This document shows positions 10,371 to 22,040 of a stretch of 64,000 nucleotides of DNA, piece by piece; positions within the stretch are counted from its first letter, which is position 1, and each line of letters begins with the position of its first letter. The notes under the pieces were generated by a model. It searched no databases, was not told the DNA's origin, and was given only the letters and a program-made list of their open reading frames with translations. Origin of the DNA: Planktothrix sp. GU0601_MAG3 (GTDB lineage: Bacteria > Cyanobacteriota > Cyanobacteriia > Cyanobacteriales > Microcoleaceae); NCBI GenBank assembly GCA_035193785.1, contig CP136572.1:1216001-1280000 (forward strand), written 5' to 3'. The position numbers were made by a program, and so were the translations under genes.

Positions 10371-12386
10371 ATGTTTAATTTTAATTCAATTAAAAAACAG
10401 AGAAATATTATTTTGTTTTTAAGTATTATTGGGTTAAGTGTTCTACCCATTGCTGCCATTGCCGAACCCCAAATAAATCCCAATCAACAACGGGGAAACA
10501 AAATTGAAATTAATGGTAATTTAATTAATATTCCTTGGCATATTGATCAATCTCATGGTAACTCCAAAATTGCTATTAAAGTTAGTGATATTGGATTAAT
10601 GCAGAATCTGGGAATTGATCTCCTCGATACTAATAATAGTTCCCAACAACCGATTCAATGGTTTTCTTCTCAATCTACTTTATCGGCGGAATATATTAAT
10701 CCCCATCGCTATTTAGATTTATCGAATTTTGCTGCATCTTCCCAATGGCAAATCAAACCGGAGGGAAGCAACTTAAAAATTACTATTCCTCCTTCTAATA
10801 TTCAATCTTTGCTTATTGAATCCTTATCTGTAGATAGTAATTCACCTCAAACTGATTCTACATTTTCTCCTAAAAAAATTATTATTGAACTCGATAAACC
10901 CACTTTTTGGCAACAACCTAAACCAGAAATCAAAAAGCGATCGCCTTCTAATCCCTCGCCACCTTCCCCACCCCTAACGGATGATCCTAAAACCCGTAAT
11001 CCCACTAACTCTCCTCAACCTGTTACTCCAGTTTTACAAGATTGGATTCTAACTTTAGATGCTAATATTACCCCCAAACTTTTATCCGATAGTCCAGAAT
11101 TTTTTCAGCCTAGTATTCCGACAAAAAGCCCAAATTTAATTCCGCCCAATCCTAATTCTACTAATCTACAATTACACTCTCAAAATAATCAAACTCAAAT
11201 TAAATTTAGTATTCCTCCCGGTTGGCGTCCGGTGGTCACTACCTCCAACTCCCCCCATCGTTTGGTAATTGAAATTAAGCCAGATTTTCTCACCCCCAAA
11301 AATATTTTATGGCAACCTGGTATTAGATGGAGACAGGACTATATTAAAATTCCTAAAAATCAGGCATCTTTAGGATCTTTACTCAATCAAATTTTAAAAC
11401 ATTCTGAATCCTCAGTTGATCAATTTCCGGTGTATTGGTTAGAAATTAATATCAATCAACCCGACATTAACCTAACTCCAATTTTAAGTAATCCTGATGC
11501 TCGTCAAGGCACTTCAGCCTTATTAGATATCGCACAACAAGCAAAAGTTCCCGCAGCTATTAATGGAGGTTTTTTTAATCGAAATAATCAACTACCATTA
11601 GGAGCAATTCGGTTGAATGATAATTGGTTATCCAGTCCGATTTTAAATCGAGGAGTCATAGCTTGGGGAAAGGATAAACCTATTTTAATGAATCGTTTAA
11701 TCTTGAAAGAAACCCTAACTACAACTTCCGGGGAAACCGTCCCTTTGCAATATCTCAATAGTGCTTATATTCAATCTGGAATTTCTCGCTATAATTCCGA
11801 CTGGGGAAAATCCTATAGCCCAATTAACCAGCAAGAAAATATTATTGTAGTTGAAAATAACCAAATTACCCGTTATATTGAACCCAATAAACCAGGATCA
11901 TCTGTTGTTAATATTCCAACTCAGGGTTATTTATTAGTTGTCCGAGGTAATCCCGAATTATTGAAATTATTACCCGTCGGAACTCGTGTACAATTAAATA
12001 GCCAAACTGCACCCAATGAATATCAAAATTATCCTAATATTTTAGGAGCCGGGCCGTTATTAATTCAGAATCGTCAAATTGTTTTAGATGCCGCTCAAGA
12101 ACGATTTAATCCCGCCTTTCAACAACAAAAAGCCATTCGGAGTGCGATCGCAATTACCAATAATAATACCTTACTTCTGGTGGCCGTCCATAACCGTCCC
12201 AATGGTTCCGGCCCCAGTCTAGCAGAACTGGCTCAAATCCTGCAAAAATTAGGAGCCGTAACCGCCCTGAATTTAGACGGGGGAAGTTCCACCAGTCTCT
12301 ACTTAGGAGGATATTATTTAGACCGTCCTTTCTCCACCGTAGCACCTGTTCATAACGGTCTAGGAATTGCCATCACAGATCATTAG
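10371..12386 (+). CDS. Exported phosphodiester glycosidase (NAGPA-like) family protein
   Basis: Signal peptide, Pro-rich linker, AAINGGFF, GAGPLL and ALNLDGGSST motifs. Confidence 0.85.
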   Translation: MFNFNSIKKQRNIILFLSIIGLSVLPIAAIAEPQINPNQQRGNKIEINGNLINIPWHIDQSHGNSKIAIKVSDIGLMQNLGIDLLDTNNSSQQPIQWFSSQSTLSAEYINPHRYLDLSNFAASSQWQIKPEGSNLKITIPPSNIQSLLIESLSVDSNSPQTDSTFSPKKIIIELDKPTFWQQPKPEIKKRSPSNPSPPSPPLTDDPKTRNPTNSPQPVTPVLQDWILTLDANITPKLLSDSPEFFQPSIPTKSPNLIPPNPNSTNLQLHSQNNQTQIKFSIPPGWRPVVTTSNSPHRLVIEIKPDFLTPKNILWQPGIRWRQDYIKIPKNQASLGSLLNQILKHSESSVDQFPVYWLEININQPDINLTPILSNPDARQGTSALLDIAQQAKVPAAINGGFFNRNNQLPLGAIRLNDNWLSSPILNRGVIAWGKDKPILMNRLILKETLTTTSGETVPLQYLNSAYIQSGISRYNSDWGKSYSPINQQENIIVVENNQITRYIEPNKPGSSVVNIPTQGYLLVVRGNPELLKLLPVGTRVQLNSQTAPNEYQNYPNILGAGPLLIQNRQIVLDAAQERFNPAFQQQKAIRSAIAITNNNTLLLVAVHNRPNGSGPSLAELAQILQKLGAVTALNLDGGSSTSLYLGGYYLDRPFSTVAPVHNGLGIAITDH

Positions 12387-12557
12387 GGGTGAAATCAGAT
12401 TATGATAGATAACATAGTCAGCAGGGTGTATTTGCTCTTAGTAGTGGTGGGGAGTATTCTGGAGAACGCATAAGGGCCATCCAATGGCCTATGAATACCA
12501 CCCCAGGCTTCAATACCAATTCAACTTAGGTAAAATCTTTAATAGGGAAATAGGATT

Positions 12558-12974
12558 ATGGTAGCAGTCAAGGAAAGTGTGGGAAATTCTAAAGCCTCCG
12601 CCGAGAATACCCCCAGCATCGGTAATGCTCCCACGGAATTGAGACCCTGGGGATCATTTACAACCTTGGAAGAAGGGCCAGGATATAAAATTAAACGCAT
12701 TGAGGTTAAACCAGGTCATCGTCTGAGTTTACAGATGCACCACCATCGGAGTGAGCACTGGATTGTGGTGGCCGGAACCGCTAAAGTAGTTTGTGGAGAC
12801 AGTGAACAGGTTTTATTCTCTAACCAGTCCACCTATGTTCCCCAATGTACCTCCCACCGTTTGGAAAATCCCGGGGTGATTCCTCTAGTATTAATTGAAG
12901 TCCAGAACGGGGAATATTTGGGAGAGGATGATATTATCCGATTCCAAGATGACTATGCTCGCACCCCCGCTTAA
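12558..12974 (+). CDS. Mannose-6-phosphate isomerase type II C-terminal cupin protein
   Basis: RPWGSF...KIKRIEVKPGHRLSLQMHHHRSEHWIVV...IEVQNGEYLGEDDIIRFQDDY. Confidence 0.9.
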   Translation: MVAVKESVGNSKASAENTPSIGNAPTELRPWGSFTTLEEGPGYKIKRIEVKPGHRLSLQMHHHRSEHWIVVAGTAKVVCGDSEQVLFSNQSTYVPQCTSHRLENPGVIPLVLIEVQNGEYLGEDDIIRFQDDYARTPA

Positions 12975-13041
12975 AGCGCACCAAAAACCCATATTTCCGG
13001 TAATCTAAAAATAGATTAACGTTTCTGTGAGTAGGTGTTCC

Positions 13042-13371
13042 ATGATTTCTCTGAGTCCAGCAGCCACTCGTGAGGTGCTCCGCCTCCAGTCCAAGCAAAA
13101 TAATCCCCATCTATCCTTTCGTCTTGGGGTACAAAGGGGCGGCTGTTGCGACTGGTCTTATACCATGGGATTTGATGAAACCCAGCAATTGAGCGATATC
13201 GTTTATCAGTTTGAGCAAATTAAAATTCTGGTTGAGCCTGAAAATTTAAAGTACCTGGACAACCTAACCATTGACTATTCTGAAGACTTAATGGGGGGTG
13301 GGTTTCGCTTCCAAAACCCCAACACCACCCAAAGCTGTAGCTGTGGCTATTCCTTTGTCGCCAAATCTTAA
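13042..13371 (+). CDS. HesB/IscA iron-sulfur cluster assembly accessory protein
   Basis: RLGVQRGGCC, IDYSEDLMGGGFRFQNPN and CSCGYSF motifs. ATG at 13042. Confidence 0.9.
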   Translation: MISLSPAATREVLRLQSKQNNPHLSFRLGVQRGGCCDWSYTMGFDETQQLSDIVYQFEQIKILVEPENLKYLDNLTIDYSEDLMGGGFRFQNPNTTQSCSCGYSFVAKS

Positions 13372-13395
13372 TACATATACTGCATTCTTTCCCCA

Positions 13396-13431
13396 TTCGT
13401 AATTCGTAATTCATAATTCGTAATTCATAAT
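13396..13431. repeat. Heptamer STRR (TTCGTAA/TTCATAA)
   Basis: Tandem attcgta/attcata units directly visible. Confidence 0.8.
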
Positions 13432-13611
13432 TCCCCATTCCTACAAAATCGAATTTGCCAAAAGTGGTGATCTAGGTTATTATGATCTTTTGGGTGTCAA
13501 CATCTGACCATACTTTTGAAAGAAAGTCCCGTCCCCAGGTAGGGGAGGGGTATTTCAGTGGAGATACCTCAAAACTTCAAATTGCCTAATCATTTCAGTA
13601 TGTCGTAACTC

Positions 13612-13983
13612 ATGCCCACTATCCAGCAACTAATTCGTTCTGCACGGGAACAGACTCAGAAGAAAACCAAATCGCCCGCCCTAAAGAGTTGCCCTCAACG
13701 GCGGGGAGTCTGTACAAGGGTTTATACAACCACCCCTAAAAAACCTAATTCCGCGCTGCGTAAGGTGGCAAGGGTGCGGCTGACCTCTGGCTATGAAGTG
13801 ACAGCATATATTCCGGGTATTGGTCACAACTTGCAAGAACACTCCGTAGTAATGATTCGAGGCGGTCGGGTGAAAGATTTGCCTGGGGTTCGATATCACA
13901 TTATTCGCGGAACATTAGATACGGCGGGAGTCAAAGATCGTCGTCAAGGACGCTCGAAGTATGGTGCCAAGCGTCCTAAATAG
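13612..13983 (+). CDS. rpsL: 30S ribosomal protein S12
   Basis: MPTIQQLIR...[20 protein letters not shown]...[13 protein letters not shown]. Confidence 0.99.
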   Translation: MPTIQQLIRSAREQTQKKTKSPALKSCPQRRGVCTRVYTTTPKKPNSALRKVARVRLTSGYEVTAYIPGIGHNLQEHSVVMIRGGRVKDLPGVRYHIIRGTLDTAGVKDRRQGRSKYGAKRPK

Positions 13984-14115
13984 GGGCTTTGAGTCAGGGC
14001 TAAGTTAAATCCTGTGCCGATGCTGTTGGAGCAAGACTAACAACATTAGGCCTTTGTTGACTTATCCCCATCGCTGAAAATCTGAAATTATCTATTGTGT
14101 TAAGGAAGATACAAT

Positions 14116-14586
14116 ATGTCTCGTCGCAGAGTTGTGCAGAAGCGTCCGATCCCCGTGGATCCGGTCTATAACAGTCGCTTAATTAGCATGATGGTACGTC
14201 GCATCATGAAGCACGGAAAGAAATCCATTGCCTACCGGATCATTTATCAGGCTTTGAAAACAATCGAAGAAAGAACCGGTTCAGAGCCTCTTGAGGTCTT
14301 TGAAAAAGCCATTCGGAATGCGACTCCTCTCGTAGAAGTCAAAGCCCGGCGGGTGGGTGGTGCGACCTATCAGGTTCCCATGGAAGTTCGCTCAGAACGA
14401 GGAACAGCTTTAGCCCTACGTTGGTTAATTCAATATGCTAGAGCCAGAACCGGACGTTCTATGTCCTTGCGATTGGCGAATGAACTGATGGATGCCGCTA
14501 ACGAAACTGGAAGTGCAGTTCGTAAACGGGAAGAAACTCACCGGATGGCAGAAGCAAATAAAGCCTTTGCCCATTATCGGTACTAA
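14116..14586 (+). CDS. rpsG: 30S ribosomal protein S7
   Basis: [14 protein letters not shown]...[15 protein letters not shown]. Confidence 0.99.
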   Translation: MSRRRVVQKRPIPVDPVYNSRLISMMVRRIMKHGKKSIAYRIIYQALKTIEERTGSEPLEVFEKAIRNATPLVEVKARRVGGATYQVPMEVRSERGTALALRWLIQYARARTGRSMSLRLANELMDAANETGSAVRKREETHRMAEANKAFAHYRY

Positions 14587-14654
14587 AAAAATGGATAGTA
14601 GTGATATCCGTAAACGTATAAAATCTTAATAAAGGTTTAAAAAAGGAGGTAGCT

Positions 14655-16730
14655 GTGGCACGTACCGTCCCGCTTGAGAGAGTACGGAACATTGGTATTG
14701 CAGCCCACATTGATGCGGGCAAGACAACCACAACGGAGCGGATTCTATTCTACTCCGGCATGGTTCATAAAATGGGCGAAGTCCATGAAGGAACAGCAGT
14801 AACCGACTGGATGGCTCAAGAGCGGGAGCGTGGAATTACCATCACGGCTGCCGCTATTACCACCAGTTGGGACGATCATAAGATCAATATCATTGACACT
14901 CCGGGTCACGTTGACTTCACCATTGAAGTGGAACGTTCGATGCGGGTGTTAGACGGTGTGATTGCTGTCTTTTGTTCAGTCGGCGGTGTACAACCCCAGT
15001 CTGAAACTGTTTGGAGACAAGCCGAACGCTATAAAGTTCCTCGGATCGTCTTTGTGAACAAGATGGATCGCACGGGTGCGAACTTTTTCAAAGTTTATGA
15101 GCAAATCCGCGATCGCTTAAGGGCGAATGCCGTTCCGATCCAGATCCCGATTGGGAGTGAAGACAACTTCCAGGGATTAGTGGACTTGGTAGAGATGAAA
15201 GCTTATATCTATACCAATGACAAAGGAACGGATATCGAAATCACCGATAATATTCCCGAAGCCGTCAGACAGATAGCTGAGGAATATCGGGTGAAACTGG
15301 TGGAGTCAGTTTCAGAAACCGACGATCACCTGATGGAGAAGTACCTGGAAGGGGAAGAACTGACTAACGAAGAAATTCGGTTGCAGTTACGCAAAGGCAC
15401 AATTGCAGGAAAAATTGTTCCGCTTCTGTGTGGTTCCGCCTTCAAAAACAAAGGGGTACAAAAACTTTTAGATGCGGTGGTTTCCTACCTACCAGCCCCC
15501 ACAGAAGTTCCTCCGATCCAAGGAACCCTGCCCAGTGGTGATATTGACGTTCGTTATGCCAATGACGAAGCGCCTTTATCGGCTTTAGCGTTCAAGATCA
15601 TGGCCGATCCCTATGGCCGTTTGACCTTCGTTCGAGTCTATTCCGGTGTGCTGCAAAAGGGTAGTTATATCCTGAACTCCAGCAAAGATAAAAAAGAACG
15701 GATTTCTCGCTTGATTGTTCTTAAAGCTGACGATCGAATAGAAGTCGATGAACTGCGGGCTGGAGACCTCGGGGCCGCCTTGGGTTTGAAAGATACCCTC
15801 ACCGGTGATACCCTCTGTGATGATGGGAAACCGATTATTTTGGAATCTCTGTTCATCCCCGAACCCGTGATTTCCGTGGCGGTGGAACCCAAAACCAAAC
15901 AGGATATGGAGAAACTCTCCAAAGCTCTCCAATCTCTGTCAGAGGAAGATCCGACCTTCCGGGTTTCCGTGGATTCCGAGACTAACCAAACCGTAATTGC
16001 CGGGATGGGCGAACTTCACTTAGAAATTCTGGTTGACCGGATGTTACGCGAGTTCAAGGTGGAAGCTAACGTGGGTGCACCCCAGGTGGCCTATCGAGAA
16101 ACTATCCGTGAATCGGTGAAGGCCGAAGGGAAGTTCATCCGTCAAAGTGGTGGTAAAGGTCAATACGGTCACGTTGTGATCAATCTCGAACCGGGTGAAC
16201 CGGGTAGCGGGTTTGAATTTGTTTCCAAAATCGTTGGGGGAACTGTACCGAAAGAGTACATCAACCCGGCGGAACAAGGGATGAAAGAAGCCTGCGAAAC
16301 TGGAGTAGTTGCGGGTTATCCTCTGATTGACTTGAAAGCAACTCTGGTTGATGGCTCTTACCACGATGTAGACTCCTCCGAAATGGCTTTCAAAATCGCT
16401 GGTTCCATGGCGTTGAAAGCCGCCGCTAATAAGGCTAAACCCGTCTTATTAGAGCCAATGATGAAGGTTGAGGTGGAAGTACCTGAAGACTTCATTGGTA
16501 ACGTGATTGGGGATTTGAACTCTCGCCGGGGCCAAATCGAGGGTCAAGGAACAGAACAGGGTATTGCCAAAGTCACCGCTAAGGTTCCCTTAGCTCAGAT
16601 GTTTGGTTATGCCACGGATATCCGTTCCAAAACCCAAGGTCGGGGGATTTTCACCATGGAGTTTAGCCACTATGAGGAAGTTCCTCGTAGCGTTGCTGAA
16701 GCCATTGTTGCCAAAAATAAAGGCAACTAA
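14655..16730 (+). CDS. fusA: Elongation factor G
   Basis: [29 protein letters not shown] and NKMD motifs; 691 aa; located in the str operon. Confidence 0.99.
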   Translation: MARTVPLERVRNIGIAAHIDAGKTTTTERILFYSGMVHKMGEVHEGTAVTDWMAQERERGITITAAAITTSWDDHKINIIDTPGHVDFTIEVERSMRVLDGVIAVFCSVGGVQPQSETVWRQAERYKVPRIVFVNKMDRTGANFFKVYEQIRDRLRANAVPIQIPIGSEDNFQGLVDLVEMKAYIYTNDKGTDIEITDNIPEAVRQIAEEYRVKLVESVSETDDHLMEKYLEGEELTNEEIRLQLRKGTIAGKIVPLLCGSAFKNKGVQKLLDAVVSYLPAPTEVPPIQGTLPSGDIDVRYANDEAPLSALAFKIMADPYGRLTFVRVYSGVLQKGSYILNSSKDKKERISRLIVLKADDRIEVDELRAGDLGAALGLKDTLTGDTLCDDGKPIILESLFIPEPVISVAVEPKTKQDMEKLSKALQSLSEEDPTFRVSVDSETNQTVIAGMGELHLEILVDRMLREFKVEANVGAPQVAYRETIRESVKAEGKFIRQSGGKGQYGHVVINLEPGEPGSGFEFVSKIVGGTVPKEYINPAEQGMKEACETGVVAGYPLIDLKATLVDGSYHDVDSSEMAFKIAGSMALKAAANKAKPVLLEPMMKVEVEVPEDFIGNVIGDLNSRRGQIEGQGTEQGIAKVTAKVPLAQMFGYATDIRSKTQGRGIFTMEFSHYEEVPRSVAEAIVAKNKGN

Positions 16731-16838
16731 ATCGGCTCTGGGGGTTTGGGTAATAGTTAATGGTTAATCACCAGGAACTATTACCTGACCAGGTGCCCAC
16801 CATTATTTTTCTTGAAAACTTTCAATTCTTAACTGAAA

Positions 16839-18069
16839 ATGGCACGCGCAAAATTTGAACGAAACAAACCCCACGTTAATATCGGTACCATCGGTCACGT
16901 TGACCACGGTAAAACCACTTTAACGGCTGCAATTACCATGACTTTAGCTGCTTTGGGTCAGGCCACAGCTAAAAAATATGATCAAATTGATAACGCACCC
17001 GAAGAAAAAGCTCGGGGGATCACGATCAATACGGCCCACGTTGAATACGAAACCAAAGACCGTCACTATGCTCACGTTGACTGTCCGGGTCACGCTGACT
17101 ATGTGAAAAACATGATCACCGGTGCAGCCCAGATGGACGGCGCCATTTTGGTGGTATCGGCGGCTGATGGCCCCATGCCCCAAACCCGTGAACACATCCT
17201 GTTAGCCAAACAGGTCGGGGTTCCCAATATCGTTGTCTTCATGAATAAAGAAGACATGGTGGATGATGAGGAACTGTTGGAATTGGTGGAACTGGAAGTC
17301 CGGGAAACTGTTAAGCTCCTACGGTTTCGAGGGTGATAGTATCCCCATTGTTGCTGGCTCGGCTAAAGAAGCTTTAGATTACATGGTGGCCAACCCCAAA
17401 ACCGTCGTCGGCGAGAATAAATGGGTAGATAAAATCTACAAGCTGATGGAAGAAGTGGATGCCTATATCCCCACTCCTGAGCGTGACATTGATAAGCCCT
17501 TCCTGATGGCCGTTGAAGATGTCTTCTCCATTACTGGACGGGGTACGGTGGCAACAGGTCGGATTGAACGGGGTAAAGTCAAAGTTGGCGATAACGTTGA
17601 ACTGGTGGGAATTAGAGCGACTCGTGCTACCACCGTCACGGGTATAGAAATGTTTAAAAAGAGTCTGGAGGAAGGGATGGCCGGGGATAACGCCGGTCTG
17701 CTGTTACGCGGTATCCAGAAAGCTGATATTGAACGGGGTATGGTGATTGCCAAACCCGGTTCGATTACCCCCCATACCCAGTTTGAATCTGAGGTCTATA
17801 TTTTAAAAGACTCCGAAGGTGGACGTAAAACTCCTTTCTTCCCCGGCTATCGTCCTCAGTTCTATGTCCGAACAACCGATGTTACCGGAACCATTAAAGC
17901 CTTTACCTCCGATGAAGGGGCGGATGCCGAGATGGTTATGCCTGGAGACCGGATTAAAATGACCGTGGAACTGATCAACCCAATTGCCATTGAACAAGGG
18001 ATGCGCTTTGCTATCCGTGAAGGTGGCCGTACCGTGGGTGCTGGCGTTGTGTCCAAAATTCTAAAGTAA
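16839..18069 (+). CDS. tuf: Elongation factor Tu (apparent +1 frameshift at ~17304-17308)
   Basis: GHVDHGKTT and DCPGHADY in the first [16 protein letters not shown] in the second. Removing one A gives EVRELLSSYGF. Confidence 0.98.
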
Positions 18070-18210
18070 GCTTTGTGAATTAAAGCTGCAAAGTTAAGGA
18101 TAAGGTTGCAGAAAATAGGAAGGGTTTGATCCTGTTTCTGCACCTTCTATCTTTCAAGATGATGTGACTGCTCAAGCCGATAATCCTGAACCTAGAAAAC
18201 TGAACACCCC

Positions 18211-18528
18211 ATGGCAACTATTCAACAACAAAAAATTCGGATTCGTCTCAAAGCCTTTGATCGTCGTTTACTCGATACCTCTTGTGAGAAAATTGTAGAT
18301 ACGGCGAATCGGACTAGCGCCACTGCGGTTGGCCCGATTCCTTTACCCACAAAACGCCGGATTTACTGCTTGTTGCGTTCTCCCCACGTTGATAAAGATT
18401 CCCGGGAACACTTCGAGACTCGTACCCATCGTCGCATTATTGATATTTATCAGCCTTCTTCTAAAACCATTGATGCTCTGATGAAATTAGACTTACCCGC
18501 CGGGGTAGATATTGAAGTGAAACTTTAA
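18211..18528 (+). CDS. rpsJ: 30S ribosomal protein S10
   Basis: [10 protein letters not shown]...GPIPLPT...[20 protein letters not shown]...[12 protein letters not shown]. Confidence 0.99.
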   Translation: MATIQQQKIRIRLKAFDRRLLDTSCEKIVDTANRTSATAVGPIPLPTKRRIYCLLRSPHVDKDSREHFETRTHRRIIDIYQPSSKTIDALMKLDLPAGVDIEVKL

Positions 18529-18549
18529 TTTTCCGCTTCGACTATTCTC

Positions 18550-18596
18550 AACCTACTCAACCTGACCTTTTAATCTGGGTTTTGAGTAGGTTTTTT
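18550..18596 (+). terminator. Rho-independent terminator after rpsJ
   Basis: aacctactcaa...ttgagtaggtt stem followed by a T-run. Confidence 0.7.
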
Positions 18597-18655
18597 GATA
18601 TTTAGAAATTGACCCAAGATCTGCTACGTTGTTAGTAGCTCTTACTTAACGGACA

Positions 18656-19297
18656 ATGGCATCATTTTCCTCAATTGCTGTTCGAGAACTTCCTCTGTTT
18701 CCTCTACCGGAAGTAGTTTTATTTCCGGGTAGACCCCTGCCTCTGCATATTTTTGAATTTCGCTATCGGATTATGATCAATACTATCCTAAATACGGATC
18801 GCCGTTTTGGGGTATTAATGTTTGATCCGAATCAAGGTCAAGTTGCTTCTGTGGGTTGCTGTGCGGAAATTGTCCAACACCAACGTTTACCTGATGATCG
18901 GATCAAAATGCTGACTTTGGGACAGCAACGGTTTCGGGTCTTGGAGGCCGTTCGGGAAAAGCCTTATCTGGTGGGTTTGGTGGAATGGATCGAAGACGAA
19001 CCCCCCCAACAGGATTTAAGGCCCCTAGCAACGGAAGTGGAACGTTTGTTGCGCGATGTGGTACATCTGTCTGGAAAGTTAATGGAACAAAATATTGAAC
19101 TTCCCGATGATATTCCCAGTTTACCGACGGAACTTTCCTACTGGGTCGCCAGTAATCTCTATGGCGTCGCCACGGAACAACAAACGCTGTTAGAAATGCA
19201 AAATACTGTCACTCGCTTGGAACGAGAAGTGGAGATTTTAACTTCAACCCGCAGCCATTTAGCTGCACGGACGGCGTTAAAAGATGCTTTAGATTAG
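18656..19297 (+). CDS. LON peptidase substrate-binding (N-terminal) domain protein
   Basis: ELPLFPLPEVVLFPGRPLPLHIFEFRYRIM; no ATPase or protease domain. Confidence 0.9.
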   Translation: MASFSSIAVRELPLFPLPEVVLFPGRPLPLHIFEFRYRIMINTILNTDRRFGVLMFDPNQGQVASVGCCAEIVQHQRLPDDRIKMLTLGQQRFRVLEAVREKPYLVGLVEWIEDEPPQQDLRPLATEVERLLRDVVHLSGKLMEQNIELPDDIPSLPTELSYWVASNLYGVATEQQTLLEMQNTVTRLEREVEILTSTRSHLAARTALKDALD

Positions 19298-19308
19298 TAA
19301 CTCTATCA

Positions 19309-19336
19309 GTAGAGGTAATTCATGAATTACCCCTAC
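19309..19336. repeat. Palindromic dispersed repeat GTAG...CTAC between convergent genes
   Basis: gtagaggtaattcatgaattacccctac is a near-perfect palindrome. Confidence 0.65.
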
Positions 19337-19385
19337 TCTCTATAGAGGTGATGCGTAGGTTCAGTTAGCCCAGAAATTAAACCGA

Positions 19386-21440
19386 TTAACGACTCTGTGG
19401 TAAAGATAAGGGTTGTTGAGGAAAAGATTTTCCATGACTAGAATGTCCGTTTTTTTCACCAGTAGACCCCAATTGATTATCCTCAGAAACTAGAGGATCA
19501 GCAGATAAAAATAAATCCCGAATTAACCTAGCCACCGCCCGTTGGGCTAATTCCCCCGCCACTTTTTGACTCAGGTGTTGGACTTCCGGTTTCACTATTA
19601 AACCCGGAACCCGCTGCACTAATAACATCGGATCAAACCCTTTAGTATCTTGGAGAATACCCACAATTCTTTGAATCTGTTCTAAGTTATTTTGATTGGG
19701 GGCAGGTTGGGGCGTTGTTGTAGAAGTTGGGGGGGCTTTTACTCCCATCCATTCTGCTACTTTAGATTGGGCTGTAGTCAACGCATTGCGAGAAGCCAGA
19801 TCAATACTTTTCACTAACTCATTCCCCAACTGTTCTCGAATCAATTCCCCTCGTTCTGAGAATAAAAAGTCTAGGGTTTGATCTAAGACTTGGTTAATAT
19901 CATAATCCTCACTATTTTGGGCATTTTTGAGTAAATTTTCTAAACGATTCCAGCGAAATGATCCATCCTTAAACAATAGATCTTTTAAGGAAGTTCTTAA
20001 CTCAACGGAAGGATCGGTTAAAAGTCGTTTCGCCACATAGGGATAGGCTTTACTTAATACCTTGAAATGGGGATCAACATTAATGGCAATCCCTTCTAAG
20101 GTGACCAAAGACCGAATAATTAAGGCATAATAAGCCGGAACCTGGAAGGGGTACTCATACATTAATTCCGAGAGTTGATCCGTAATACTCTTGAAATTTA
20201 GTTCAGCAACACTCGCCCCCAAGGCATTACCAAAAACCTCTGCTAAAGCCGGAATAATTGGGGTTAAATCGGTTTCGGGTGTTAAAAATTCCAACTTCAC
20301 ATAATCTTTCGCTAACCCTTCAAAATCCCGATTAACCAAATGCACAACGGCCTCTAATAACCCATATCTTTGATAGGGTTTGACCTCACTCATCATGCCA
20401 AAATCGAGATAAACTAATTTTCCTTCAGGACTAGCTAATAAATTACCCGGATGGGGATCGGCATGGAAAAACCCATGTTCTAATAATTGCCGTAAAGAAC
20501 ATTGTACCCCCACCTCAATTAAGTAACGAGCATCAATTCCTTGGGCGGTCACTTCTTCTAAATTAGTTAATTTAGTGCCGTTAATCCACTCCATGGTTAA
20601 TACCCGTCGCCCGGTATAACCCCAATAAATTCTAGGCACATAAATATCGGGAATATTGCCGTAAAGTTGTCTAAATCGTTCGGCATTTCTGCCTTCATGG
20701 TTGTAGTCCATTTCTTCATAAATTCTTTCCCCAAATTCATCCATGATCGCGACTAAATCACTGCGGATAAATTTAAACCTTTTCTTTGCCCACTGGGCTA
20801 GGGTTCGTAAAATATAAATATCCAGGGCAATACTTTCGGATAAACCGGGACGTTGAACCTTGACCGCGACGGTTTCTCCCGTTTTTAATTTGCCTTTATA
20901 AACCTGTCCCAAGGAAGCCGCAGCTAAGGGATCGGCACTTAATTCGGCATAGATATTATCAGGATGATCGCCCAATTCTTCTTCAATAAATTGATAGGCA
21001 ACTTCATTGGCGAACGGGGGAAGTTGATCTTGTAATTTGGTTAATTCGTCCAAATATAAAGTAGGCATGACATCGGGCCGGGTGGATAGGGCCTGTCCGA
21101 CTTTAATAAAGGCTGGGCCAAGTTCGGTTAAGGTGATTCGCAGTTGAACTGCTCGTTTTTTCTCGGCTTTAACTTTTTTTCCCCGTTTGCCATCTAACCA
21201 TAATCCCAAGGCGAAGGAACCAAATTTCCAAATAATACTGAATAGGCGTTTCCAGACTGGAAACACTCGGGAACGGTAATAGTTGGCAATGGCAACGGGA
21301 TCGTAGCGTACCGCAGGTTGATCCGATTCATTGTGGATAGTTCCCTCGGGTTGGGGGTGATGTTCGTCCATGGACTTTGAGGAAACATCAATGGTGGATG
21401 GGGAAAATGATCCGTTCGGTTCGAGTTGGGTGATAGTCAT
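19386..21440 (-). CDS. AarF/ABC1/UbiB atypical kinase
   Basis: LGPAFIKVGQALSTRPD, AAASLGQVY, VAVKVQRP, FFHADPHPGN and YLDFGMM motifs. Confidence 0.95.
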   Translation of the reverse strand: MTITQLEPNGSFSPSTIDVSSKSMDEHHPQPEGTIHNESDQPAVRYDPVAIANYYRSRVFPVWKRLFSIIWKFGSFALGLWLDGKRGKKVKAEKKRAVQLRITLTELGPAFIKVGQALSTRPDVMPTLYLDELTKLQDQLPPFANEVAYQFIEEELGDHPDNIYAELSADPLAAASLGQVYKGKLKTGETVAVKVQRPGLSESIALDIYILRTLAQWAKKRFKFIRSDLVAIMDEFGERIYEEMDYNHEGRNAERFRQLYGNIPDIYVPRIYWGYTGRRVLTMEWINGTKLTNLEEVTAQGIDARYLIEVGVQCSLRQLLEHGFFHADPHPGNLLASPEGKLVYLDFGMMSEVKPYQRYGLLEAVVHLVNRDFEGLAKDYVKLEFLTPETDLTPIIPALAEVFGNALGASVAELNFKSITDQLSELMYEYPFQVPAYYALIIRSLVTLEGIAINVDPHFKVLSKAYPYVAKRLLTDPSVELRTSLKDLLFKDGSFRWNRLENLLKNAQNSEDYDINQVLDQTLDFLFSERGELIREQLGNELVKSIDLASRNALTTAQSKVAEWMGVKAPPTSTTTPQPAPNQNNLEQIQRIVGILQDTKGFDPMLLVQRVPGLIVKPEVQHLSQKVAGELAQRAVARLIRDLFLSADPLVSEDNQLGSTGEKNGHSSHGKSFPQQPLSLPQSR

Positions 21441-22040
21441 GGGGTGAATCTAAATCAAGCCGGGGCTGAGTTTTGAATTTGTATTAACTATTTTGACACT
21501 CCCCCGAATAGAATTCGAGGGATTTTTGTACTCTAAGACAATCACGGGTTGGGGTTGGATGGATAACTAACCAGTTGTGAGCATGATAGCAATATTTTAG
21601 AATCAGGGGTTTTTTAAGTAAATTTACGGAAGGTGGGGGGCCGGAAATCGATTTAAAATCTTAACTATGTAAATTTACTGATGTTGATCAATAGCATTTA
21701 AGTAGGAATTAAAGGTTTACCTTAACTTTACAAAAACAACGATAAATTCATCAAAATTTTATAGACATTTACCCGGAATTGTTTATAATAGTAATAGATA
21801 AAGTCAAGAACACCAAAAGCCAACTGGCTCAAAGCGTTCACCAGACTGACGGTTAAACTAGGGTGCTAAAGTTCCTCCGTTGAAGTGGGGCTTTAATATA
21901 TTTAAAAAAACATAGTCAACAATCACCGTCCTAGGTGACATGAATCACAAACCCATCTATCCCAATCGGTTTGAATTAGATTCAGAATCACCGATAGACA
22001 AAAATTCTAAAGAAACCTTCTACTTCCTGGAGAAAAGATC

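Noticed and set aside
16839..18069. tuf, dnaK, pyrH, gltB and others as true pseudogenes or programmed frameshifts
   Set aside because: Essential genes are hit, nearly all by the same GAAC->GAAAC event with no other decay. This is best explained as sequencing error.
21800..22040. c-di-GMP riboswitch upstream of the PEP-CTERM gene
   Set aside because: Hairpins are present, but I could not find the GEMM consensus elements.
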